Assembly: GCA_051530055.1 (NCBI GenBank)
Contig: CM121341.1
Coordinates: 5,248,784 to 5,312,783, forward strand
Length of the DNA: 64,000 bases
Source: Neoechinorhynchus agilis
Taxonomy: Eukaryota; Animalia; Acanthocephala
Direction of reading: 5' to 3'
Made by a program: the position numbers and the translations under genes. The notes beneath the pieces are model-generated. The model did no database searches. It saw only the letters and a list, made by a program, of their open reading frames with translations, and was not told the origin of the DNA. Position 1 is the stretch's first letter, and each line of letters begins with the position of its first letter. Positions 34,721 to 47,340 of the stretch are shown here, piece by piece.

Positions 34721-36512
34721 TTATATTGTAAGGTTTATTTTTATCCAGAGCGGTGGTGTGAATGATTTCTGCTCCGAGATTAATCTTTTGGGATATATCC
34801 TTTTAAGGCTCGGTTTACGATTGAGGAACAACAGATAATCCGATTGTTTGCCTCGCGTTACCTTAATCCTTCCAGTAAAATCTTGTTTAAAAAAAAGGAA
34901 CCACTAAGTTTTTTTTAATGTGTTAAGATACGGCGATCCAATTTGCGCTATAAAATCATCTAAATGCTTACTGTTTTTTTATGATTTCTGCTCCTTTTTG
35001 GGTCGAATACTTAATTTTTAAATTTAAATTGATTTAAAGTCGAATCCCTCTCGAGTGTTGATGATCCTTTCGAAAGTTTCTTTAAATAACAATTAAATTT
35101 TTGCATCGTTTTGCAATCTCAGGAATTGTCTGAGAATTTAGCCATTGCCCTAAGAGACATTTGTAGGATTTTATGGCCGAACAGATCATCGAGTTCACTT
35201 TGGAATATAAAAAACATTATTTAAGGGTTTCAAAAGGCAATCATAAATTCTTCAAAGAATACAATAAGCGTTGTTGTAAGTTGATCCAGGCAGAAGGAGT
35301 AAGACTAAGTGTCGAATTGATCTGAAATCAACCAGTCTATTTCTGGAACGTTAAGGAAAAAAGCGAACTTTTAACGTAATCATCGAGTGAAAATCTTTAG
35401 GGATTGATAGAGATGGAATTTCCAACCGGATCATCAAATACAAAATAACTAAAATCTTTTTTAGATGATCGATAAAACGGGGCATTCTCGCTTTCAATTT
35501 AATATGTTTTATCCATGATGACCTCAATTCCAGCAATTTCATTTAATTTTTAATTAATTTAAACAAGACCACATTGATTAAAAATTAATTTAACACTGGC
35601 ATGAGTGTTGAATTCATCTCAAATCGTTTAGTTTTTTTTGTGCTAATAGCGGAACTTTTTTCCTCTTCTCCTTTAGCCAAAAATAAACTTTATCCGCCTT
35701 TCATCCCAGTCTCGGTTTCTGATAGTTGATAGATCCGCTCCACATTATTGGAGTATTTTTCTGATGATATTATTCGTTAAAAACAAAAATGCCCACTTTC
35801 ACATAAAGATTTTTGATAAAAAATAAACTAAATAAAAAAGTTTGTAAACACACCGTTTTCCTTTTTTTAATTGCTAATTTTACAAATTAACTTTTTATCG
35901 TGGCCGGCTAACGAAAATGAAGGTTAGAAGGTTGGATTTTTCGACAAATTTAGAACCATTTAGCCCTTAAAAATGTTAAAGAATATATAAATAACAATGG
36001 AAAGTGAAGTGTGAAAGATTTACGACGGCGAGATTTTTGTGGAGTCAGCTGATAAACACTTGATTTTTTTGTTAAGTTTGATATTAAAGAATTTTTTGCA
36101 ACGTGGTTCACCGTCTTTATACTATGAAACTTGTGTTACTTCTTGGTACGTTGAAAGTCGATACAGCCCAATCTAAGATTTGGTATTGCATAGGTCTACT
36201 TTTTATGTTTAACAAAGTACAAAATTCTGGAATGTTTCAAATGGAAAAATATAAAAAAGTAAGATTTGTATCTTGAAAGAACTTGTCTACTCTTCGTTTT
36301 TTAAGGCGAAAATCCAACCGTCGCACGGTAAATATATTGCGCTTGATTCGGACTCATTTTTAGTTTTCGACAACGATCATGAACCATGTTGATCGCGAAT
36401 ATTCGCTCATATTGAATAAAATTAATATTCGACTATGCTTTGCCTTTATTAAGACTTTCAAATTATTAAAGCCTTTTTTCTTCAAGGACAAAACATGTCA
36501 AGCATTTTTTAG

Positions 36513-38466
36513 CTAGTGAGAGGTTAAGAGCTTCTTGATATACTCATGTGTTCGTTTGTCCGAAATCATCATTAAATGTTCAGAGCCTTCAATTTCGTAA
36601 CTATGCACTGTTTGCTTTTGTTTCCATAATCTGAAACAAGCTTTTAGACTGTTGGCGTTTATACTTCCATCACCATCTCCGTACACAACGGAAGGCACTT
36701 TATCGTACCAATTTGTAATGTTGACCGGATAAACGAATCTTATTGGAGTTTGAAGATTGCTTCCGAAGATAACGTGTGTTTCGACATTCGGTGCAATACT
36801 TGGGTCGTATTTCTTGTTAAATCTGGACCGAATAAATAGACCATCTTCATAACCAATGTCCTCAAAGAGTTCCTGGAAATCATTAGTTGTATAATTCCGA
36901 AACCCACCGGATATTACGTCTTCACTGCTCTCCCAATACTGTGCGGATGGAAAGAAAAAGATACTCCCGGGTGATCTTAGAAAAGGACGATCTTATAAGC
37001 GGTTTTCTATACTTGATCAGAAAATCACTTATTTGGGCATGCCCTATGTAATCGACAATGGATCAATCTTATTGATGCCACTATTATCACCGGACACCAC
37101 GAATCGTATCATTTTGACGTGTCCGACCCAAGGAGTACCAAGCGTTACTAGTGATTTTATATACGTTGATTTCCATGCTTCGGATTGTTTCTGAAGGAAA
37201 TACAATGCAATGTTGCCACCCATACTGTGACCAAGCAAAACCACTGATCTTCGGCCGTTTTTTTCATATGCCGTTTCTACTAAGGTTCTTAGAGCGTCGA
37301 AATATCCTTCTAATTCAATAGGACTCTTCCGGAAGTCGTAGGGAGCTCCGTATAGGTTTCTTTTTCGCTCGTAGCCTATAAATCCGACATGAACGTTTTA
37401 TTGATATTTCTTAGGCATTTGAAAACGCCCAAATAATCCGTTTTTTATTTTTGGTTAAGCTAATTATGAGATTGAGACGAAAAATCAGGTGTATTCCTGC
37501 GACAAAATATCTAGTTTGCAGTACAACAAGGCAATGCTGCTAACGTGATAGCGACAGCCGAGGAAGGAGAGAAGCTCCAATTTTGCGGACGGTGTTGATT
37601 GCACGTTTTGTACTTTATATTGTAAAACCTAGAAAAATAATATATTAAGAGATTGAGACGAAAAATCAGGTGTATTCCTGCGACAAAATATTTCGTTTGC
37701 AGTACAACGAGGCAATGCTGCTAGCGTGAAAGCGACAGCCGAGGAAGGAGAGAAGCTCCAATTTTGCGGACGGTGGTGATTGTACGTTTTGTACTTCCGG
37801 ATAATTCCGGCATTTCCTCGTGGTTTTTAAGTTTTACAGTACCTTTATGGAAATGTCGGAATTATCTGAGAAAATGAATTAGTGAATTTTTGAATCCAGT
37901 GAGGTGGCAAATTGAAGGCAATAATCCACGAGATAAAGATTTTCTTTTTTATCATTACAACATCCCTCGGCCAAGTGTAAATTTTTTCTAGAAAAAGAAA
38001 AAACTTGATCAACGAAACACTATAAATTGTACTGGTCAATGTATCCCTACAAAAAAAGCTCACATCCGATCTCTAAATCGGTAACGAGTACTTTAACTAA
38101 AGGAGCAAAATAGGACGATAATGGTGATTTTGCTGGATCCAAATACTCGATAGTTGTTGTATCGCCGAATCCCGGAACACGGGTCTTAACTCGACCATGG
38201 TTTCTAATGCAATTTTCCTCATGATCATAACCCAGATGCATATAGTCCGCAAAAGTATCGACTAAAGGTGGAACCAAGTAGCGGATATCGAACCACAGAG
38301 TGAACCAGTCTTCATCCTCGCAAGTTTGAGAGCATGTTTCGTTGCTTATACTCGCCTCTATTTGAGATCCGAAGTAACCAGGAAGTAATACAATAGGATT
38401 GAGCGATGATTCGGTATTTGTGATAGCGACAAGACCGAAAAGGATTCCAAAAGAGATTTTGTGCAT
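36513..38466 (-). CDS. LCAT/lysosomal phospholipase A2 (PLA2G15) family, paralog A; introns ~37376-38072 and ~36992-37045
   Basis: Signal peptide; PIVLLPGYFGSQI; RVPGFGDT; GAPYDFRK; GHSMG; GDGS; SEH. Confidence 0.9.
37480..37790 (+). mobile_element. Two tandem CRE-like 3'-end fragments inside lipase A intron 1
   Basis: gcagtacaac(a/g)aggcaatgctgc...ggacggtg occurs twice. Confidence 0.8.
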
Positions 38467-38849
38467 CTCTAGAACTGCAGAAATAGTTCTAATTTCAAAA
38501 GTGAGTCTATTTTAAAGACACAATGATTGTTGTCATTCATGCTGCTCACGGAAATGTATCATTGTTTGGCCCGAATTGTCGTCTTGAACATGACTACGTT
38601 TGATTCATCGCGAGATTGACGAACACAATGGATCGATGTTAGTCATGGCTATGAAGAAAATTGTAGTGTTTCTAGAACAATCAAATATAATTGGCGTTGT
38701 TGTGATCATAATCCTCAACTCCTTCCAATATGACTTATTTTATTGAGATATTTCGAAAGACGAAGATTCATTGCTGGATTAGGGATTAATTGGTCATCAT
38801 GATCATCAATAGAAAATCCGTCGGGATCATTCGATAGAGATTCCCGTGG

Positions 38850-39050
38850 CGGGGAGGCAAATACCTTTTCTGGGACGCCACGCTCGCAGCCAGCAACATA
38901 AAATTCGCCACTATTAAATCGGAGATGGAGCAGCAACCGCCGCTGATGAAAGCAAAAGGACAAAATACAGGGACCTGAGTCGAAATCATTATTTTGTTCC
39001 TTTTGGAGTCGAGAACACCAGGACGACACCTTGAGTGATCCAGAAAGACG
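38850..39050 (+). mobile_element. CRE-like RLE fragment
   Basis: FPWRGGKYLFWDATLAAS...YFVPFGVE. Confidence 0.7.
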
Positions 39051-39064
39051 GTGATGTGAGGTAA

Positions 39065-39925
39065 TCAAAGTCGGATAAAACGGCTGATGAAACTTTATCT
39101 TTCTAGAAAATATCCGTTTTATCCAGGGATTATTTGGTCACCACACGTCTCTAAATGATCACCAATAAAAAAATCCTTTGGGATGATTCGATTTGGAGAT
39201 GATCTCGGATAAAACGCGATAGACTTTATCTTTCTAGAAAATATCCGTTTTACCCGGCTAAAGAATATTTGGTCTCCCACGTCTCCTAAATCCTTAAATA
39301 ACCACCGAGGGGAAATCCTTCGGGATGATTCGATTTTCAGATGATCTCCGATAAAACGGCTGATGAGACTTTATCTTTCTAGAAAATATCCGTTTTACCC
39401 GGCTAAAGAATATTTGGTCATCCCACGTCTCCTAAATCCTTAAATAACCACCGAGGGGAAATCCTTCGGGATGATTCGATTTTCAGATGATCTCCGATAA
39501 AACGGCTGATGAGACTTTATCTTTCTAGAAAATATCCGTTTTACCCGGCTAAAGAATATTTGGTCATCCCACGTCTCCTAAATCCTTAAATAACCACCGA
39601 GGGGAAATCCTTCGGGATGATTCGATTTTCAGATGATCTCCGATAAAACGGCTGATGAGACTTTATCTTTCTAGAAAATATCCGCTTTTTTCCTGGGATT
39701 AATGAATATTTGGTCGTCCCACGTCTCCTAAATCCTTAAATAACCACCGAGGGGAAATCCTTCAGGAAGATTCGATTTGAAGATGATCTCGGATAAAACG
39801 GCTGATGAGACTTTATCTTTCTAGAAAATATCCGTTTTATCCAGGGATTATTTGGTCACCACACGTCTCCAAATGATCACCAATAAAAAAATCCTTTGGG
39901 ATGATTCGATTTGGAGACGTGGTAA
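39065..39925. repeat. Satellite, 146-bp units with aaaacggCTGATGAg...GAAAatatccgtttt
   Basis: Unit starts at 39348, 39494 and 39640. Confidence 0.92.
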
Positions 39926-40173
39926 TCATAATCCCCGCCCGGATGAAGCAAACGACTGATGAGACGTTCTCTTTTGAAGTATATCTAGAAAATAATCCAC
40001 CTCTGTCATCTCGAAGGATTTCCTCTCGAGGGTTAACCTAAACTCTCGCGTTTCAATAGTTTTAGACTTCTCAGCAAGAGAAAATCCGCATAATTTTTTT
40101 TCAAAGTGACAACTTAGATACATTTTTACTCACATTGGAAGAAAAAGTTAACAATTCACTTGCTCGTATTCGG

Positions 40174-41586
40174 TCAAAGGTTATATGAACATAAAATATC
40201 GTCAATATAATCTAGGACGCGTGGATCCGACAACATTTCTCTATGTTGCGAACCTTTAACTTCGAAGTGATAAATCGAGCGCTTTTGTTCCCATAAATGA
40301 AGGAAAGCAATAAGACTGATTGCATTGACCGTTCCATCACCGTCTCCATAATCAATAATAGGATCATGGTCATACCATTTGGGCATTCCAGGTGGATAAA
40401 TATATTGAAGCTCAGTGGGTATTCCACTTCCGTACAACACATGAGTTTCTACACCAGGTTCAACACTCGGATCAAACTTATCCTTCATATTGAACCAAAT
40501 ATTAAACCCGTCATTATATCGAATATCTCGAAAAAGCTGTTTGTAGTTTTGGACAGTGTAATCGCGTTTCGCTCCACATACAATGGGCTCCGTCGTGTTC
40601 CAATATTTGAGTGAAGGAAGCAAAAATACGGTACTTGGTGATCTAAGAAACAAGCGATATTATGAGTGGATTTCTTTTTAAAACTAAAAAATCCGCTCAT
40701 ATCGGGCATGCCCGCTGTAAACTTTAATGGATTGACTTCATCAATGTCATTGGTTCCACCTGATACGATAAACCGAGCTGCTTTAGTAGCTCCAATCCAC
40801 GGAGTACCGAGTGTTATGAACGACTTTATATACTTTGATTTCCATGATGAACTTTGATTTTGTAGGAAAAATAGACCGTTATTGCCACCCATACTGTGAC
40901 CGATTAAAACAACAGGTTTGTGCTCATTTCTCTGATAGGTAGACTCAATCAAGTTCTTTAGTGACTCAAAATACTCCTCAAGTTCAAATGGACTCTTTCG
41001 AAAGTCATACGGAGCACCATGAATACTCTTACCGCGTTCATAACCTTTGGCTCGAATATGGGCTGTACACTTTTTAAAAAGCTTGCTTTAAAAACGAATG
41101 GAGTTCATAATTGGCGCAAAATCGAACTTAAAATAGCAAAAAATCAAATTATGAAATGATATTTAAAGCCCAATATCCATTTCCGAGCTATAACTTCTCG
41201 ACTAAAAGTTCAACAATTGACCCAAAATAGGACGAGAATGGTGGTTTATGGGGACTCAAGTATTCAACTGTTGATGTATCTCCAAATCCTGGAACTCGAA
41301 TTTGTAAACCGTCAACATTTCTAGTCTTTCCAGTTTCCCGGTCGAAAACAAGACGCATTCTGTCGACAAACGAATCGATCATTGGCCATTTAACATTGCG
41401 TACATCAAGCCATAGCGTGAACCAGTGGGACGGACAAGTACAACCGTTAGCTGAGTTGTTTTTTAGTCGTGCATCTATTTGCGATCCTGCATAACCGGGA
41501 ATCAGTATAACTGGATGCAGTGAACTGACTAGCCTGTCCGATGTTGCCAAGCATAAAAAAAGAAGAAATGCTAAACCAAGCGACAT
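40174..41586 (-). CDS. LCAT/PLA2G15 family, paralog B; introns ~41046-41190 and ~40659-40714
   Basis: Signal peptide; PVILIPGYAGSQI; RVPGFGDT; GAPYDFRK; GHSMG; GDGT; SQH. Confidence 0.9.
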
Positions 41587-41819
41587 TTACGGAACCGCAC
41601 AAGGTTGCTGAAGACATATACGAGAATCACAATAACGCATAATTTATGTTAGTCTAGCGCACAAGACTTGGCATCTTTTTGTAGCCGAAATAATAGTATT
41701 CGGTTCACTAAGGTCATCGCAAAATAATCGGCAGTTGGTATAACGTTTTATCACCGTCGGTATGTGCGTCCATGAACATAAGCGAATAGATTCTATTTGT
41801 TAATGGACAAAGAATCCTC

Positions 41820-43192
41820 GCACCTTCCTATACCTACGCTCCCTTTGTTCCATACTGGCAAATCTTCTCTCGGGTATCAGAACTTGAAATGAACCTCAGG
41901 AAAGACCCAACCTTACAAGCTCTCCAACAAACAATAGAGCCGGTCCGAGAGAAGATTTGCCAGTATGGAAAAGATAGAAGAGGGAGGTGCGAGCACTGAT
42001 GGGATAAATGAATGTAGCTTTTGATTTTGGAGTGAATAGCGACTCCGGTCGGGTATGAAAGTTATTGTTTGTTGGAGAGTTTGTGAAGTTGAGTCTTTCC
42101 TCAGGTTCATTTCGGATTATGATATCCGAGAGAAGATTTGCCAGTATGGAAAGGATAGAAGAGGGAGTTGCGAGCACTGATGGAATAAATGAATGTGGCT
42201 TTTGATTTTGGAGTGAATAGCGACTCCGGTCGGGTATGAAAGTTATTGTTTGTTGGAGAGTTTGTGGTTGGGTCTTTCCTCAGGTTCATTTCAGATTATG
42301 ATATCCGAGAGAAGATTTGCCAGTATGGAAAAGATAGAAGAGGGAGTTGCGAGCACTGATGGAATAAATGAATGTAGCTTTTGATTTTGGAGTGAATAGC
42401 GACTCCGGTCGGGTATGAAAGTTATTGTTTGTTGGAGAGTTTGTGAAGTTGGTCTTTCCTCAGGTTCATTTCAGATTATGATATCCGAGAGAAGATTTGC
42501 CAGTATGGAAAAGATAGAAGAGGGAGTTGCGAGCACTGATGGGATAAATAAATGTGGCTGTTGATTTTGGAGTGAATAGCGACTCCGGTCGGGTATGAAA
42601 GTTATTGTTTGTTGGAGAGTTTGTGAAGTTGAGTCTTTCCTCAGGTTCATTTCGGATTATGATATCCGAGAGAAGATTTGCCAGTATGGAAAAGATAGAA
42701 GAGGGAGTTGCGAGCACTGATGGAATAAATGAATGTAGCTTTTGATTTTGGAGTGAATAGCGACTCCGGTCGGGTATGAAAGTTATTGTTTGTTGGAGAG
42801 TTTGTGAAGTTGGTCTTTCCTCAGGTTCATTTCAGATTATGATATCCGAGAGAAGATTTGCCAGTATGGAAAAGATAGAAGAGGGAGTTGCGAGCACTGA
42901 TGGAATAAATGAATGTGGCTTTTGATTTTGGAGTGAATAGCGACTCCGGTCGGGTATGAAAGTTATTGTTTGTTGGAGAGTTTGTGAAGTTGGGTCTTTC
43001 CTCAGGTTCATTTCGGATTATGATATCCGAGAGAAGATTTGCCAGTATGGAAAAGATAGAAGAGGGAGTTGCGAGCACTGATGGAATAAATGAATGTAGC
43101 TGTTGATTTTGGAGTGAATAGCGACTCCGGTCGGGTATGAAAGTTATTGTGTGTTGGAGAGTTTGTGAAGTTGGGTCTTTCCTCAGGTTCAT
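41820..43192 (-). repeat. LINE-derived satellite: seven 180-bp units on the minus strand abutting a plus-strand copy of the same sequence (41850-41937)
   Basis: Units contain ttctctcggatatc..aaatgaacctgaggaaagacc, as at 7400-7440. Confidence 0.9.
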
Positions 43193-43411
43193 TGTGGGTC
43201 TCGATATATTGCGATCGCGTTCATCGTCGTTGCATTGGACGCATGAACGCTCGTGGGTTTCTCGAATTGTCCACAATGAAGGCTGGTACGCACTCAACAC
43301 ATGAGCCAACTAAGACGACTTACAGAATACATTATATATTAAATTTGTATGTGAAATGCTATTACAACGATTGGGCTAAATAAAACACACTTAAAACTTC
43401 ATTTATGAATT

Positions 43412-44522
43412 TTATTGTTGCTGTTGGTGTTCTCCATTCAGTAGTCCCATTGTGGCTACTGATGCTATCCTTGATGCGCGTTCCTGTGAAAGTTTGCGTT
43501 CCTTGGATCTTTTGTTTTGGAACCACACCTAACATTTAAGAAAATTTAAATTTACGAATAACAATTTAGATCTTACCCTAACTACTCGCTCTGACAGTTT
43601 TGTCCTTTCACACAACTGTGCAAGCATTTCTCTTCCTGGTTTGGTACATATAAGAAACGCGGCGTTCAAAACCTGCAAATTAGATGAACTTATTGAACAA
43701 TTTCTTGCTGTTTTTAAAATCCGACAATATACCCTTCGTTTTAGGTACTAAATGTGGATAAATAGACGAAAATAACTTTCAAGGCGTACTCGATGACATA
43801 ATAAACACTGGCGATATTTCAACTTGTTTCAAAAAGACGAATGACGCTCAGAATTCAATTTTAGATTGATTACCTTCAATACTTACTTGATATTGTTCCC
43901 TCGTGAGTAGAGTTCTTTGTTGGCGTGACATGAGTGGTCCAATAGTTATGCCATTATCGCTGGATAAGTTTCCATTTGGTTGGCAACCTTGAGAATCAGT
44001 CAGCTCACATTTCGTCTCTCCTGTACCAGGTTCGATTGTTTCCTGATTGCTTTTACTACGATCTGCGTTTTTCTTTACGGCTTCAATGTTCTTCGGATCG
44101 AGCCAAGATTTGTGGTGTTGATCACATAACAAGAATCGTCCTTCCTGACTGTGAGACTCATGAACTCTCGTCAAATTCAAAGGGCCATTGGGTGGAATCG
44201 GACACTCACACAAGGCACAATAAAGACATTCTGTATGGAAATACAACAACTCGTTAACGTCACTTCTAATGGATTCGTCCGACTTTATCCGTTTTCCACA
44301 TAAGGTGCAATGAGGACTGTGCGATTGAAAGTAGTGATATTCGCAAAAAAGCCGTGCTCCTTTGCGGGTTGTGTAACACTTGTTTGGTTCAATTAGTGCT
44401 ACATTGCAATAAGAACATTTTGCACAATTAAGATGATAGTAATAGTCAAGAGCAATCATCACGTCGTCAGTTTCATCCATCATCGTTTTACAACCTTGAC
44501 AACATACACGACCCGCTGGCAT
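43412..44522 (-). CDS. LIM-homeodomain transcription factor (two LIM domains plus homeodomain); GT-AG introns 43673-43886 and 43529-43576
   Basis: CQGC..YYHLNCAKCSYC..FCEYH; CTLC..FHTECLYCALC..LCDQH; RTLLTREQYQVLNAAF..LSERVVRVWFQNKRSKERK; subfamily not assignable. Confidence 0.92.
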
Positions 44523-44639
44523 CTTTAAATCAAAAGTTTACACTCATCTCTAATGTTCCATTAATACTCGCTCATTTAACCATTATACTTTAAAGGAAAT
44601 TTCAACCGAAATCATTTATTTTAAAGGAGAATTTTACCA

Positions 44640-46036
44640 ACTCGGTTTATACAAACCAGATTTTGTTGCTCGGTTTGTAGATGCATTAAGAAAAATTAAA
44701 GAAGGCTTAAATAAAGACTTGGGGATTTTTTACATTTAATCCCCCTTGAATTGGTTCAAAAAGTTCACTTTAATCCGTTTGTCGTCGTAAGAGCCAAAGG
44801 AGAATTTAATTGAGGATTTCGGTTTAAACAAACCAGATTTTGTTGCTCGGTTTTTAGATGCATTAAGAAAAATTAAAGAAGGCTTAAATAAAGACTTGGG
44901 GATTTTTAACATTTAATCCCCCTTGAATTGGTTCAAAAAATGTTCACTTTAATCCGTTTGTCGTCGTAAGAGCCAAAGGAGAATTTAATTGAGGATTTCG
45001 GTTTAAACAAACCAGATTTTGTTGCTCGGTTTTTAGATGCATTAAGAAAAATTAAAGAAGGCTTAAATAAAGACTTGGGGATTTTTAACATTTAATCCCC
45101 TTGAATTGGTTCAAAAAGTTCACTTTAATCCGTTTGTCGTCGTAAGAGCCAAAGGAGAATTTAATTGAGGATTTCGGTTTAAACAAACCAGATTTTGTTG
45201 CTCGGTTTTTAGATGCATTAAGAAAAATTAAAGAAGGCTTAAATAAAGACTTGGGGATTTTTAACATTTAATCCCCCTTGAATTGGTTCAAAAAGTTCAC
45301 TTTAATCCGTTTGTCGTCGTAAGAGCCAAAGGAGAATTTAATTGAGGATTTCGGTTTAAACAAACCAGATTTTGTTGCTCGGTTTTTAGATGCATTAAGA
45401 AAAATTAAAGAAGGCTTAAATAAAGACTTGGGGATTTTTAACATTTAATCCCCCTTGAATTGGTTCAAAAAGTTCACTTTAATCCGTTTGTCGTCGTAAG
45501 AGCCAAAGGAGAATTTAATTGAGGATTTCGGTTTAAACAAACCAGATTTTGTTGCTCGGTTTTTAGATGCATTAAGAAAAATTAAAGAAGGCTTAAATAA
45601 AGACTTGGGGATTTTTAACATTTAATCCCCCTTGAATTGGTTCAAAAAGTTCACTTTAATCCGTTTGTCGTCGTAAGAGCCAAAGGAGAATTTAATTGAG
45701 GATTTCGGTTTAAACAAACCAGATTTTGTTGCTCGGTTTTTAGATGCATTAAGAAAAATTAAAGAAGGCTTAAATAAAGACTTGGGGATTTTTAACATTT
45801 AATCCCCCTTGAATTGGTTCAAAAAGTTCACTTTAATCCGTTTGTCGTCGTAAGAGCCAAAGGAGAATTTAATTGAGGATTTCGGTTTAAACAAACCAGA
45901 TTTTGTTGCTCGGTTTTTAGATGCATTAAGAAAAATTAAAGAAGGCTTAAATAAAGACTTGGGGATTTTTAACATTTAATCCCCCTTGAATTGGTTCAAA
46001 AAGTTCACTTTAATCCGTTTGTCGTCGTAAGAGCCA
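44640..46036. repeat. Satellite, ~177-bp unit, about 8 copies
   Basis: Direct inspection; very homogeneous. Confidence 0.97.
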
Positions 46037-47340
46037 ATCGCGATTATCACGTTTAAACATTGATAAAAAATGGAATAATAATGAAAAAAGTCGTAACAAA
46101 CTGTTCATTTAGCACCTTTTTTCGCCCTATTTTTTATTATTGCGATTATCACGATTAAACATTGATAAATGGAATAATACTGAAAAAAAGTCGTAAAGAG
46201 CTGATTTTTTGTTAATTTAACACCTTTTTTCGCCCTATTTTTTTATTATTGCGATTATCACGATTAAACATTGATAAAAAATGGAATAATACTGAAAAAA
46301 GTCGTAAAGAGCTGATTTTTTGTTAATTTAACACCTTTTTTCGCCCTATTTTTTATTATTGCGATTATCACGATTAAACATTGATAAAAAATGGAATAAT
46401 AATGAAAAAAGTCGTAAAGAGCTGATTTTTGTTAATTTAACACCTTTTTTCGCCCTATTTTTTTATTATTGCGATTATCACGTTTAAACATTGATAAAAA
46501 ATGGAATAATAATGAAAAAATGTCGTAAAGAGCTGATTTTTTGTTAATTTAACACCTTTTTTCGCCCTATTTTTTATTATTGCGATTATCACGATTAAAC
46601 ATTGATAAAAAATGGAATAATACTGAAAAAAAGTCGTAAAGAGCTGATTTTTTGTTAATTTAACACCTTTTTTCGCCCTATTTTTTTATTATTGCGATTA
46701 TCACGATTAAACATTGATAAAAAATGGAATAATACTGAAAAAAAGTCGTAAAGAGCTGATTTTTTGTTAATTTAACACCTTTTTTCGCCCTATTTTTTTA
46801 TTATTGCGATTATCACGATTAAACATTGATAAAAATGGAATAATACTAAAAAAGTCGTAAAGAGCTGATTTTTTGTTAATTTAACACCTTTTTTCGCCCT
46901 ATTTTTATATTGCGATTATCACGTTAAACATTGATAAAAATGGAATAATACTGAAAAAAAGCGTAAAGAGCTGATTTTTTGTTAATTTAACACCTTTTTT
47001 CGCCCTATTTTTTTAATATTGCGATTATCACGTTTAAACATTGATAAAAAATGGAATAATACTGAAAAAAAGTCGTAAAGAGCTGATTTTTTGTTAATTT
47101 AACACCTTTTTTCGCCCTATTTTTTTAATATTGCGATTATCACGTTTAAACATTGATAAAAAATGAACTAATAATGAAAAAAGTCGTAAAGAGCTGATTT
47201 TTTGTTAATTTAACACCTTTTTTCGCCCTATTTTTTTAATATTGCGATTATCACGTTTAAACATTGATAAAAAATGAACTAATAATGAAAAAAGTCGTAA
47301 ATAACTTATTTTTTTTGTTAATTTAGCACTTTTTTTCGCT
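46037..47340. repeat. Satellite, ~122-bp AT-rich unit, about 10.5 copies
   Basis: gcgattatcacgattaaacattgataaaaaatggaataat... repeated. Confidence 0.97.

Noticed and set aside
37040-37050. TAG readthrough or an alternative genetic code in lipase A
   Set aside because: TAG terminates ZW10 and lipase A normally; an intron explains it more simply
16830-47340. Tandem arrays as CRISPR
   Set aside because: No unique spacers, no cas genes, eukaryotic context
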